NCBI GenBank assembly: GCA_043228905.1
Contig: JBHGNT010000331.1
Span: 1 to 34,320, forward strand
Origin: Azolla caroliniana
Taxonomy: Eukaryota > Plantae > Polypodiophyta
Length of the DNA: 34,320 nt
Direction: 5' to 3'
Part shown: piece after piece, positions 1-12,583 of the stretch
Position numbering within the stretch: position 1 is the stretch's first letter
Layout of the letters: each line of letters opens with the position of its first letter
Position numbers and translations under genes: made by a program
Notes under the pieces: generated by a model
What the model was told of the DNA's origin: nothing
Databases searched by the model: none
What the model saw: the letters and a program-made list of their open reading frames with translations, nothing else

Positions 1-3000
1 AAATAGTGACACATGGAAGAGAAATGATTTTTTTGCCTTATTAGACATAAAAGAGATGAGAAAGTTCAATTCCATCCTTTTTCTAGATGCACATTTACAT
101 TAAAGTGTGAGATAAAGTTAGAGAGAGGTGAACTTATATTGGTCCAAAATTTGAAATTTAGTAATAATCCTAAACATGAATTCAAACTAGCAACCTTCAA
201 TCAAAACACAATATGAAGAAGTTTTGTAGGACTTGTCGTTTAGATTCATGGGTGTTAAGGTTGACATATACTTCGGGGGTTGTTTTGAATCTTGAGGAAT
301 GATCATTTGAATGTGAATATTGTGTTATTTCTATGATTGACTAGTAAGATATATATTGTGCGGGTAAAACATGATTTATAACTACATGAAAATCCATGAA
401 AATGTGGCATAAAAAAGATTGGTTCAGAATAAACATAGGGTGGGCAACTACATTGGACAACACAAATTTGCATATAAACAATGAAATCCCATACCACATA
501 GGATTAAGGCTATTACATGCCAATGAAATTGTTCCTTGTAACCACTCATGTGTTAGCATTGATTGACTATGGAGAATCATAAGATAGAAAAGGAAAGACT
601 CCATAAGAACAACTAAAGAGACCTAGAACTCACAGGCTACTTTGGGGTAGGGTGTGCATAAATAGATTATAAGACCAACAACATAGTCAAATGAAACAAT
701 TAAACCTTAAATTGTAGAGCACACTGGTGTGATTTCAACGCATCCTTAAGTGCTCCCATTTAAGCAAATATAAACACAATGAAGACTTAAAGTGTTTTGG
801 CAACCTTCTTTAAGTCAACTATGATTCCCTTTTATACTAAGATTTACTAACCATGAGGAGTATATTCATGATGTACCGTAACCATTATATTATCCACTCC
901 ATTGATAGCAATCAAGAGGTTCATTGGGTAATCATAGAGTGATCGACGTAACCTAGAGTGAGTGAGGTCCATGAAGTTAAAAAATGAATGTTAAGTGTGC
1001 CATTGTGTAGTTACATTGATTAACATGATACCATCTACAATCATTAAGTCAGTACTCCCAATGTTTTTTTAAAATACACCTAAAGTTGACAACGTTAGTG
1101 CTTAGATGAGCTTGTTAACATAAATGACAAAAAACATTTAATGTATATTAGTTTTGAATTGATAATATAAAAAATGGATATTTGTGCCATGATCATTAAA
1201 CAATATAATTTATAAGTCTCATGATATCAAATATGTCCCTCATATTTGGATCGCAGGATGTAGGTACAACAACCATAGGAAGAAACAATAGAAAAGAATG
1301 AAGAAGACAATGACTTCAATATCAATCATGAAACCATATTTGGGCCACATAGATTGCGGTGACCAAGAAAACTTGTGGATAGATCAACTCATCTTCACTA
1401 TTCAAAGAGCTTCAATTATTTACTTCTGAACTAGGATTTTTTCATTGAACCTACTTTAGATGAGTTCTTGAATAAAAATGACACATGGCCATTAGTGACA
1501 AGATTCGATGGTGACAATATAATTGATCGCATGTGTATATATAAGGTAAACTATAATTTAATGTTATACTTGATAGATATAAAGATAAACTTATTGCTAA
1601 GCATTATATTAAACTTATGGTTTGGATTGTGAGGAAATATTTTATCATGTTGCAAAACAAGCTAGGGAAAGGAGATGTATTCGATGATTGGTGTTGATTT
1701 CTATAATAACTCCTTTTATATAAGCTCATAACTAGTCCTTTTGTAAAATAAGCTCCCAAGACGATGCATGACTCACAAAACTTGCAGGCAAAACTTTACT
1801 TAATATTTCCCTAATGTTCTACTACATTCAATAACTTCCATAGCCTTCCATCATATCCTACAACCTACCATAACTTTTGAGCATGTTGTCATGGTGTGTG
1901 GCGTGGCCGAAGGTGGATAAAAAGGGGGTCCAACCACAATCAAATAAAGATACGTATATATAAAAATATATATACAAGAGGTGCAGAGTTTGAATCTACA
2001 AGCGTGTATTAAGGTAGAATTGCATTTTGCATTTTCGAAGCAAAAAGGGAATAAAAACATTAAATGCCGAAATTAGGCGCCTCTTTTTATAGAAAAAGAG
2101 GAGAAAGAGTAAAGAAGGTTGAGTTACCTCATCGGGCATGGAATGAGGCACAATGACACTACCTCAACTGTTAGAGCTTAGTCCTAATGTAAGCATATGA
2201 TAAGGAAATAATAGATAGAAAGATAACTTAGAGAGGAGAGAGATAGAAGGGTGTCGATCCCACCTGACCACCCCCGAGCGAAGGGATTAAGATGGACTTG
2301 AGCCTCGATTGGCGTCCCATACCACCGTCGTGGCGTCGAGTCGTACATGGTACTGGCACACTCACTACAAGACTCTCTTCACCACACGATCAAACTCTCA
2401 ATGTAGTCCCAATGATCCGAGTCTAATGAGGGTAGCTAGCCCTCATATTTATAGCCAGACCTAAGGCCCCTAGGCAAGTTCACACTTGGCCCTTATGGGT
2501 TGTCTCAATTCCTAGGATTAAAAGTAATCCTCCCTTCATTACACTCTTTTAACCCTCACACTTTATCCATGTGTATCGAATACTATGATACAATCTTACC
2601 ACGGTATATTATATGGTCATGCTTGTAACATCAACAATGAAGGAGGCGTAGGCGAGGCCTCGTCGAAAAGAGAAGCCACTAACCTATCATACTTATTTCT
2701 CTTTGAATTGTTCATTGTATCACTCCTTGTTACCACTATTGTACTTATTCACTGTGAATATTTTGTAAACACTACTTTACAAAGAGATTTCTTGTGTAAA
2801 TTACTGTTTAGATCTTAGTGTGAGTTTATTTGGTCTTAATACGATATAGTTACGTTAATATCATGTATTAAGCTTAATCTTGTGTGTTAATCAACCCCAA
2901 CGTTCAAGTTCCCTCAATGTTCGAGTCCTTTGAGTATTCAAGTCCCTCAACATTGCGGAGGGACGTTCAAGTCCTTGGCTATATTTTGTCATAACGGAGT

Positions 3001-3317
3001 AAAAGATAGAGTGATGGAAGAAGGATATAAAGAGAACAGAAGAAGAAAGGAACAAAATGATAAGAGAAGAATGATTGTATTAAGATAGGATGAACACATG
3101 AGGAACCAGATACCATATGGTGATGATAGCTTAAGATTGGTGTTGATTTGAATTGATTTGACAAGACATGTATGTCTCTATTTATAGGTTCCTATAGAAT
3201 AGCCTAGAGATTTTTGTAATGTTCTAGAATGTTCTAGACCTAGAATCTTCTAAGATGTCCTAGAATTTTCCAGAGTTTTTACGATAAATGATCAATGTAT
3301 TACAAAAAGTAGATTTT

Positions 3318-3457
3318 TGTTGAGATAGCAAGCTCAACCCCTTGTATATATGAAAGCCCACTATTTTATTAGGGCATTCTAGGGTTAGGTATATAAAGGA
3401 TCATTGAGCACCGTTGTAACTAACTAGTTTTTAGTAATACAATTCTTGTCTTTGGTT

Positions 3458-3500
<43 letters not shown>

Positions 3501-3588
3501 CATCGTCTTTGTGTTTACTGTTTCTATCTTTGTTGTCCATTGTTGTGGTTTTGTTCGGCTAGGCGGACTATGTATCAAGGCTTCAACA
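3318..3588 (+). mobile_element. Probable solo LTR
   Basis: Starts TGTTGAG and ends TTCAACA, with TATATAAA followed by a (CT)n tract. First 20 nt are nearly identical to the element at 4413. Target-site duplication (TSD) is imperfect. Confidence 0.6.
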
Positions 3589-4347
3589 TTCTGTACAATT
3601 TTATCATCTCATATGAGAATAGTCTTAGATCTTAATGGTTGGGTTTTTGATTATGTATTACAAGATGGGTTCAAGTTCGGGTGAAGCCATGATGCTCATG
3701 TGTTCATGACACTATCCTTCCTTGTAGAACGACAAGGGGAAGTTGGCCTTAACAATGCAAGGTTGGGTTTGTTTGGATATCGGTGACAGAAGTCGTTGAC
3801 AAGTTCTTGAGCATTACAAACGTTATCAATGGGAGATTTCTGTAATGTACTAAACCTAGAATATTCTAAAATGTTTCAGAGTTTTGACAATAATCAATAT
3901 AATAAAAAAAAGTGGCTTTTATCATCTTAAATGACAATAACTATCTTAATGGCTGGGTTTTTGATGATGTATTACAAGTTCCCTCAATGTTTGAGCCATC
4001 TGGTCATTCGAATCCCACCTTCATTCACGCCTTCCTTAGTCCAAGACTCCTACAGTCCTTCTCGTAGTAACGTTGTCACGGAAATCCACGTGTGCTTATT
4101 GGCTTGGGCAGCACCATGGGGATCTCGGACTAGGGAGACAGATGGTGGAGGTATTACGCTCTACAGGATTTGGCTTTCCACTCATGTCGGCTTTGACCGA
4201 TTGGCTTTCTATCTGGGCTAACTTCTGGCCCAATCCAATCGACGAAGGTAGGGTTTCCGGCCGATGAAGATTTTGGGTTCAACAAGACGATAAGCCACAA
4301 TTAAGGACACAACTCAAATAGGTTAAAATAAAAGAGGAATATACACA

Positions 4348-4348
4348 A

Positions 4349-4412
<64 letters not shown>
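4348..4412. repeat. (CATA)n/(TA)n microsatellite
   Basis: Directly visible simple repeat. Confidence 0.9.
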
Positions 4413-4417
<5 letters not shown>

Positions 4418-4859
4418 AGATATCAAGCTCAACTAGTTTAATCTAGTTAGTCAACACATGTAACTTAGTAGTTACCTAGATCGAATCTAGTTAATGTGTT
4501 GACCTTAAGCCTTTAAATAGGACCTTGTACTTTAGTGGGATATTCTAGATCCTCCACTCCTTAGTACATTTAATGTAGGACTTACACATAAGTACCTATG
4601 TTCTACCCACACATGTGCACCTTTGCACATGGGTTGTATATATACCTCATTGTGGGTATTTTTGTATGTTGATGGCACTTTTGAATATAGTCAATCATCC
4701 CCCATTTATCTGTGTGTTCAAGTGTAACTTCCTCTCTCTCTCTCTCTCTCTCTTCCTCTCATACACTCTCACGCGCATATCATACTAATCTTCTGCTGCT
4801 TAACGTAACCACATGATTAGTCTCTAATTAACCCTAGTTAATTACCTAATTACTTAACA
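4413..4859 (+). mobile_element. Solo LTR inserted in (TA)n
   Basis: Termini TGTTGAG...CTTAACA, TATAT on both flanks, internal TATA-like and (CT)n segments. Confidence 0.7.
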
Positions 4860-4899
4860 TATATATATATTACAAATGCTTTTACAACAAGATGACTTA

Positions 4900-5600
4900 C
4901 GTGCCACGAATCCAATGGTTATTACAAAACAATTGTTTAAATACAACAAGTTAAGGAATGGGAACCGACGAAGGCGAGTCAAGTGGGCTATCAGAACTGT
5001 GATATCCACTGTTGGTCACGGCCCGAAGACGGTGGAGTGTTCCCGTGCCACTTTGCCCTCCCTTCTTGAACCAACCGCCACGCAAAATCCTCTCCGTCGA
5101 GGAGAGGAAGCCGAACCACCAAGTGCCGCCATCGGAATGCTGAAAGAGCTGCCATTGTAGAAACCCCCAACCAAACTCTAACTCCAACCAAGAAGAATGT
5201 AAGACCCAAAACCCTAACATGACCCTAACTCACATGGAAACGAAGAACCTCACAAACCCTAACTCACAAATTGAAGAACCCAAAATCAACAAGAACAAAC
5301 CCTACTTCTTCCCACCAAGACGACAAGATTGGAGAAACTCGAGAACCCTAAAACCAAAATAGGGAGAAGAAGAAACCTAGAACAACTGAAACCCTAACCA
5401 AGAAGAGGGAGGAGAACCAAAAGAAACCCTAAACCTTCACTCAAAGAAGAATAAAAAGAAGAAGAAGAAACTACCAAACCCTAGAGAAGGGGAAGGAGGA
5501 AAAGAAAACCCTAGATCTAAGTGGTACACCCTCCTAACTAAAAAATGGGCGACCCCTTACAATTTATTTTTCCCTCTTTCTTATTTCTATACACATTTTT
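4900..5600. repeat. Dispersed repeat, copy 1 (related to about 10800-11590), rich in AAACCCTA motifs; probably transposon-derived
   Basis: Shares GCGAGTCAAGTGGGC, GCCACTT..G..CTCCC and an ATTTATTTTT..CCCT..TTCTT..TACAC block, in the same order, with the second copy. Confidence 0.55.
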
Positions 5601-6269
5601 CTCATGTTCATGTGCAAAGATGTACCCGATTTTCTTACCATTGCCAAAAATCCTCACGAAACGCACGTGAGCGTTTATGCGACAATGTTCCATATTGTTC
5701 ACACAATGTGTCAATTGTAAGATGAACTAGCCTTCAATAATAATATTATTATATTAAATTTTGTTTCATTACTTTCATTTGCATGAACTCAAGCTATTTT
5801 CCCTTTGAGAAAGTAAATAATAAGTCAAAGCGGAATGTTGTTGATTTAATGTAAACTTGTTAGTCACTTGTTCTAGTATCATTGATTGTATTAAAATCAT
5901 ACCACTATGGGAATATATGATTTGATGATTGCTCATCCATTAAACGCAAGTTGGCCCATGCATAAAAATATAAGAAGAAAATCAATTTTAGAGTATTTGC
6001 TATGTCCAATGAAAGGTAATGTTCTCATAGATACAATGTACTTGAAGGACATCTCAGTAGGATGGACTAGAGCTAGACAAGCTCAAATATCACATCTTAG
6101 TGATATAATCAGATATGAAGGAGATAGATTAAGGAACACTAAACATAGTAGAATGATTATACTTATTTCTCTGTGATAGAGTGATTTAGTTGTTGGACAT
6201 CAAAGTGAAAGAGTTATATTCTTGGTGCATGTCATGTGGGCATTGGAGACTAATGGACGATGATTTTTC

Positions 6270-6810
6270 AAATCAATAGAGTTGTGATAGTAACACAATA
6301 CACATGTGGATGAAGCGGGGGGATCCAAATCCTTAGCACAATGTAGAGGATTGAGAAGTGGTTGATTGGGATATGTATCCTCCTTGTTGTTCCATACCAA
6401 GAGTTCCAACATGAGTTTGACAAAGTTTCCGCAAGAATTACTCGAGCCTCAACCTGAGCCTTATCAGTGTGAGCAGGCATTGTACATGCCAATGAGCCAC
6501 ACACTGGATAATGGTGGCATCATGACACAAGTTGATCATTGCATATATTAATGGTGGGAAACCCATTGTAACCATTGCTCATACAAGTGGGTGACGACAT
6601 TGGCACGTGTGTCAATTAAACCTAAAGTGTTGTACCCATGGATTCCACAAGGGAGGTACATCAGTGGTTCACATCTTGGACTTTTTCCAATATGTTGTTT
6701 ATGAAATGTGTGCTCCCCAATAATGAGGAAGTATCGATGTTTAAGGGTGCAAGTTTGAAACAAGTTGTCTCTTCCATGAACCAATTTTGATGCTTTGACT
6801 AACATATCCA
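6270..6810 (-). mobile_element. Degenerate retrotransposon aspartic-protease remnant
   Basis: LMYLPCGIHGYNTLGLIDTRANV resembles the retropepsin LIDTGA motif (one base change gives DTG). Surrounding frames are broken. Confidence 0.4.
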
Positions 6811-7220
6811 CCTAGTTCATGACGGAGCCGTACCTCATTTTTAAGGATGGGCTACATGAGAATTCAAGTATATGTATCCATCCCTCAAGAAATCAACATC
6901 TTTATCTTCTTCATATGCCAATACGTTGTCGTGTGGTTTTTCACACACGATATGAAAACTAGTAAAATAATTATTTACGATTAACTTAATATATGGATAT
7001 GGAAAGATAGATGTGTTCAAGAGCTTCATAGCGTATTTTACTACACATAAAACAGATAAACAAGTATCAAGTCATGTGAGTGTGAAGTTTGAAGAAAAGA
7101 AAAGAAAAGACAAAACTGTGAGATATCCCACATAGATAGGACAACATTGGAACCCAGAATATATAACGGAAACCAAAACATATTCATTCTATCAATGTGT
7201 GGAGCATAGAATGTTCAAGG

Positions 7221-8245
7221 TGACTTGGGCTACACTATGTGGTGTGCACGCTTCGGGCGTACGCGCGTGTGCATGGTTGCGTGGATGTTTACGGATGTGT
7301 GCGCGCATGGACGTCTTCGGATGTACGCATGTGTGCAAGTTTCGGGCGTATGCGTGGACGTTTCAGACGGACGAGCGCGCGAACGTGTGTGTGCGCATGC
7401 GTGGATGCGTACACTACGTACGACGTGGTTGAGACTTGGACTACACTATGTGGTGTGCACGCTTCGGGCGTACACGCGTGTGCATGTGTGCAAGTTTCGG
7501 GCGTATGCGTGGACGGACGAGCGCGCGGACGTGTGTGTGCGCATGCGTGGATGCGTACACTACGTACGACGTGGTTGAGACTTGGGCTACACTATGTGGT
7601 GTGCACGCTTCGGGCGTACACGCGTGTGCATGGTTGCGTAGATGTTTTCAGATGTATGCGTGTGTGCAAGTTTCGGGCGTACGCGTGGACGTTTCGAACA
7701 GACGCGTGTGTGCGCATGTGTGGATGCGTACACTACGTACGGCGTGGTCGAGACTTTTGCGTTTCAGACAGATGCGTACGTGCGGACGAGCGCGCAGACG
7801 CGTGGATGCGTACACTACGTACGGTGTGGTCAAGACTTTTGCGTGCGGATGCGTACACGGTGCGGGTTGGATGCTTGCACGCGTGGATGCGTACACTACG
7901 ACGTGGTCGAGATGCGCGCATGCGCGGATGCGTGGATGCGTACACTACTACGTGTCGGGACTTTTGCACGCGGACGCGTCTACGGTTTGGTTGCGATGCA
8001 CGTACGGATTGCGCATGCGTGGATGCGTACACTACATACGGCGTGGTCGAGACTTTTGCGCGCGGATGCGTACACGATGCGTGTTGGACGCGCACGCACG
8101 TCAATGCGTACACTACGACGTGGTCGGGATGCGCGCATGCGTGGATGCGTACACTACTACGCGGTCGGGACTTTTGCGCGCGGACGCGTCTACGGTTTGG
8201 TTGCGACGCACGTACCGATTGCGCACGGGCTAAACTTTATGGATG
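7221..8245. repeat. CpG-rich nested tandem array with core GCGTGGATGCGTACACTAC
   Basis: About nine copies of the core. Longer units start at about 7222, 7432 and 7579, and a block is duplicated at about 7889 and 8106. Confidence 0.92.
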
Positions 8246-8278
8246 ATTGTGTCATTTGGCCGAATTATACGGACAATC

Positions 8279-8408
8279 GCATGCAACCAAAAGCCAAGGC
8301 CATGCAACTAAAAGTAAAAGGCATGCATCTAAAAATGGAAGCATGCAACTAAAAGTAGAGGCCATGCAACTAAAAATAGAGGCCTTCCAACTAAAAGTGG
8401 GCATGCAA
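8279..8408. repeat. About 20-21-bp minisatellite (GCCATGCAACTAAAAGTAGAG-like), 6-7 copies
   Basis: Directly visible periodic CATGCAACTAAAA motif. Confidence 0.85.
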
Positions 8409-9685
8409 AGTAACATTGGGGAGGAGGATCAACGAGGAGCTCGATATATGTCCCATTTTTTCCCTCCTAGTTTTTTTTCCCTTCTTTCTTCTTCCCTCTC
8501 AAATTCGAGAAACAAATTATCTCACATATTGATATCAAACTCCTAGCTTTGTTTACTCGATCTTTCTGGTAAAAAATTATCTCTCGTATTCATATCGGAC
8601 CACTCCTTGCATGGTTATTGGCTCCTTTCTTTGGAAAATTAATCTCTCATTTCCATACCCAACCCATTGTAACACGATTCTGAAATTATAAAGAATCGAT
8701 TTTCTTTTGCAATAAACTAATGATTTGTCTCTCCCACTTGTCTTATGCTTAAAACTTGCTTTTGTTGTACATGTTGCTCTAAATCCTTCTAGTCCAGAAC
8801 CTCGACGGTTCATCTCACGATCCGCACATAGTGACGGATTTTCACGACAACATGGTCTTAAATTGATCGTCCATCAAGGCTACATTCTTTTTTATTTACC
8901 TTCTGATTGGACACATGTACTTGGTAAATTTTATTCGTGTTTCTAGTGTAGATGATATCATTTTTAATAAAGTCCATCACAATTTGACATGTGTGAAGGA
9001 AAAGTCACCCCAATGGGCAATCATAGGCCACTTGGTTGACTAATCGAATAATGAAAAACGTGAGGTGGTACTTGACCGAGTCTTATATTATGAAGAGGTG
9101 ATAGATTATGATGCCCTTAGGGCATTGGATCAAGCCATTAACCATGCAAAATTTAACTTCTCCATCAGTCTCTTGGTATTTTCCCACTTTTGCCAACAAT
9201 TGTAACTTATGATACTAATTCACACCTTGGTATCAAGTATCATTGTAGTGGCGAGACCATTTACCTTTAAGAGGAGTGAAACTAGTTTCACTCACTTCAA
9301 AGAGTATAAAAACCTAGGATAAACGACTCCATCTATCTGAATATAATGTGAGAATGATTCACATTTTTTTGTTGTAGATCCTCCTTATCATAACTTTTAT
9401 TACCTAGATATTGTGAAGCTGCCCCTTACCTAAAACTTGAGCATATTATCAGATTCAAGTTTTGTGAGGCGTATTGCAATACAAAGCAACAATGGTTGTC
9501 AAGATAGAATAGCGATTAACATTGTGTGTGAAGCTGTAGGAGGTAACTTAGGGTGTTCATTCTTTCGATAATGGCATTCATGTCTCATGTGATAGCCATG
9601 GAATGAAGGAAAACATATGTTCTCTTGGACAAAGTATTTGAAGGGTCGTTGTCGTGTAAACGCGTATGTGTGTGCTACTAGAGCA

Positions 9686-10136
9686 TAACAATTAACAATG
9701 GTTCGTTTTGAACCAAACTAAATTGCAAAACTGTTGCTTAACAATTTAAACAGTTCGGTTCAAGCCTTAATAGGTTAAATGGTTTCCAGTTTAAACGGTT
9801 TGAAACCACGGTTTAAATTGTTCAAATGGTTTGACGGTCTAAGATGGACACTTGATAAGTTTCTTAAACATTTTCAGCCTAATTTTGATATCTTAAGAAA
9901 AATCTTTAAATTTTGAAAAATAAAAATGTGAACATTTTAATTTTGACCTAACTTGAAAACCAAAACCAAACTATGAAACCACGGTTTTAACAGTTTAATA
10001 GTTTAAAGGTTTGAAAGTCTCCAAATTGCTTGAATTTTTTGTAACGGTTCAATTTAAATGGTTTTGTGGTTTGGTTTAAATTTCAAAATTTTTAAACAGT
10101 TTGAGTATGTCACTCTTGAACCGTTGTTGATTGCTA
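9686..10136. mobile_element. Non-autonomous DNA transposon (MITE), hAT-like, copy 1
   Basis: Terminal inverted repeats (TIRs) TAACAATTAACAATGGTTC / GAACCGTTGTTGATTGCTA and many internal AACCG/CGGTT-type motifs. Inverted homolog of 28183-28567. TSD not convincing in this copy. Confidence 0.7.
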
Positions 10137-10645
10137 CTCAAGTGGGGCCATGGGGATCTTGGACTAGGAGAGCGCGAAAGGTTGCGGGACTCGAAGGCTC
10201 TTGAGAGCCGAAAGGTTGCAAGACTCGAAGGCTCATGAGAGTTGAAAGCTCATAGGAGTCAAAGGCTCTCTATAGTCGAACATTCGTAGGAGTCAAAGGG
10301 TCGCTAGATTTGAACACTCATTAGAGTCGAATGCTTGCTAAAGTCGAACACTCTCAGACTCAAATGTAGACAATGTTGGCATAAAAGACCTACTCCTTCC
10401 ACCTTGCGTCCTAAATGTGAACACGTTCTTGAGTTAGGGCTTGAGTATATAAGCTTAACCCTAACATTGTACATGAGAAGTCTCACAAAGAGAGAGAGAG
10501 TTATAGAAGAGAAATACAATTAATTACCATTAGAGCTAAATCGTGTCTACCTTACCTTCTTGCATATCTACATTCTAGTTGTGTTGTTTGTTGTACACAT
10601 TTTCTAGCTGGTCCTCACATATCCTTCCACATATCATATTCAACA
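10137..10645 (+). mobile_element. LTR-like fragment
   Basis: Short internal repeats (GAAAGGTTGC..ACTCGAAGGCTC), TATATAA box, GA tract, and an end in TTCAACA. The 5' end is unclear. Confidence 0.4.
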
Positions 10646-10799
10646 GAGAATGCGAACGTAGAAACGAAGATCCCTCTGTGAATGGCTAATGCACGTTATT
10701 AGCACAAGATTAGTGACAAATGCTAAGTTTAAGTGCTTAAATCACGTTATTAATCAAACACAAGTTCTGATTTACAACACTTAATCGACTTCACAACAA

Positions 10800-11590
10800 A
10801 TGCCTCGAATGTGGTGGCTTTTACAATGCAAATAGTATCCGAAGTAGGCATGAAGAGTGACTACAAGAAAATCACTAAGCTAAAGTGATGGAATTGAAAA
10901 GTTGGGGAGGCGGTTGAGTTCCGGTGAAGATGCGAGTCAAGTGGGCCGCCGAGACCTCGCTTACGTTCATTGGCAAAGATGTTCAAGTTGAAGTAGGGTT
11001 CTCGGGCCACTTCGTGCTCCCCTTTCGCAGCTAGTATGTGAGTTTGCCAAAACCCTTCTTGATGCTACCACTAAGAACGGGGGCTTGGTGACGTCGAAAA
11101 CCATGATGACCACATAAGAAGAAGAGATTGAGAGGAAAAAGTGAAGGACATTATACCTCCATGTGACAAATACAAAATCGAGTTTCTAATGTCTAAAGAC
11201 GAGCGTCGAAAATGAAGAGCTCCTTCTCTTAAATGTTGAAAAACCTAATACAAAGAAGAGTCGAGGAAGGAAAGTGAGTCGAAAATCGAAGAAAAAAGTT
11301 GTCAAAAGCCCAAACCCGAAGAAGAAAACCTTCAAAACGCCAAAATGAAGAAGACCCAAAATGTGCCTTCTTCCCCTATTTTTATAGGGGGAGGGCGCCT
11401 CATTTACATGTAATGCATTTATTCCTCTCTTTTTTCAAAAAGAAAAGAGGAATAAAATACTCATTTATTTCGCATCTCATTGCAAAGATTTAAACTTTGC
11501 ACCCCTAAACTAAGTGAATCACCCTAACCACTAGACCATTTATTTTTATTTTCCCTTTCTTGCTTTTTACACACATTCTCCACCTTCTCT
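10800..11590. repeat. Dispersed repeat, copy 2 (related to 4900-5600)
   Basis: Colinear shared motifs with copy 1. Confidence 0.5.
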
Positions 11591-12509
11591 TTCCCCCCCT
11601 TTTACCCACGTTTCCACCTTCGGGGTCGCCACATCATGATGTGGTTGTATTTAAATTGTATGGTGAGTGGTCATAGGGGGTTGTGAGATCTTCTTCCTAG
11701 GGTTAGTGGTTGTCTTATTGATATTTGTAAATCGATAATTGAATCTTAGAACCTCATAACTTCATTGCATGCATGGTCGAAGGTTTGGCATGATTGTCTA
11801 ACAACAAGGAATTTTTTGTAGAGTACGGTGTCGTGAAGATTTCCGGCAATAGTGGGAAAATTGAGTGGAGCGGCCAAGAACGAGGATGTGCAACGATTGC
11901 ACATGTACATTAGGGAAATGTACATAGGAATAAAAGGGGAATGTAAAGGGTGCTAAAGTGCGCCAAGGAGTTAGTTGTCGTGAGTATGAGAGGGAGAAAG
12001 AGTAGAAAGATGAAGATAGAAGGTAGAGAGAGATAGAAATGGAAATGAGTTTATATTATGAGAGAACAAGGTTTACAAAGAGTAGGCTAAGGGCTAAACA
12101 CTGGTGTTGAACCGAATAAGTTGTGACAGATGTATGGACACCTATTTATAGAATATTCTAAACATGTAATAACTAAAAATATAATTAATATAATTACACA
12201 TCATATACGTTATTACAATGGTTAAAGGTTAAATACATAGACCAAGAAATTGTGGGTTTGACTCTTGGTGAACCAAAATGTATGTCTACATGTCATTAGT
12301 GAGGGAATAAATATGATGTGTACATTAGTGCACATGCACAGTTAGTGGGTAGTGGGGTGAATGTGAAAGTGAGAGGAGTTTTAATGTACGTCTTCAATCA
12401 CTCTTAAAATCAAAGCAAGATATCCTCTCTGAAAAGAAGAAGGACATTGGACCGCACTTTGTAATGGCCTTCCCTCCTTGAACTATAAAAGGAGGTGAAG
12501 TTGTGTGTT

Positions 12510-12527
12510 TCTCTCTCCCTCCCTCCC

Positions 12528-12582
<55 letters not shown>
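12510..12582. repeat. (CT)n(CA)n compound microsatellite following a CTATAAAAGG box (LTR-like context)
   Basis: Directly visible simple repeat. Confidence 0.85.

Positions 12583-12583
<1 letters not shown>

Noticed and set aside
250-1560. Possible decayed DNA-transposase sequence (also 33600-34320)
   Set aside because: Coding-like texture, but no motif I could identify with confidence.
7221-8245. CRISPR-like array
   Set aside because: The intervening segments are themselves repeated and variable in length, there are no cas genes, and the context is eukaryotic.
7199-8352. Long overlapping ORFs (up to 335 aa) rich in C, V, R and T
   Set aside because: They are open in several frames and on both strands because the repeat is stop-poor. 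No domain or splice structure.
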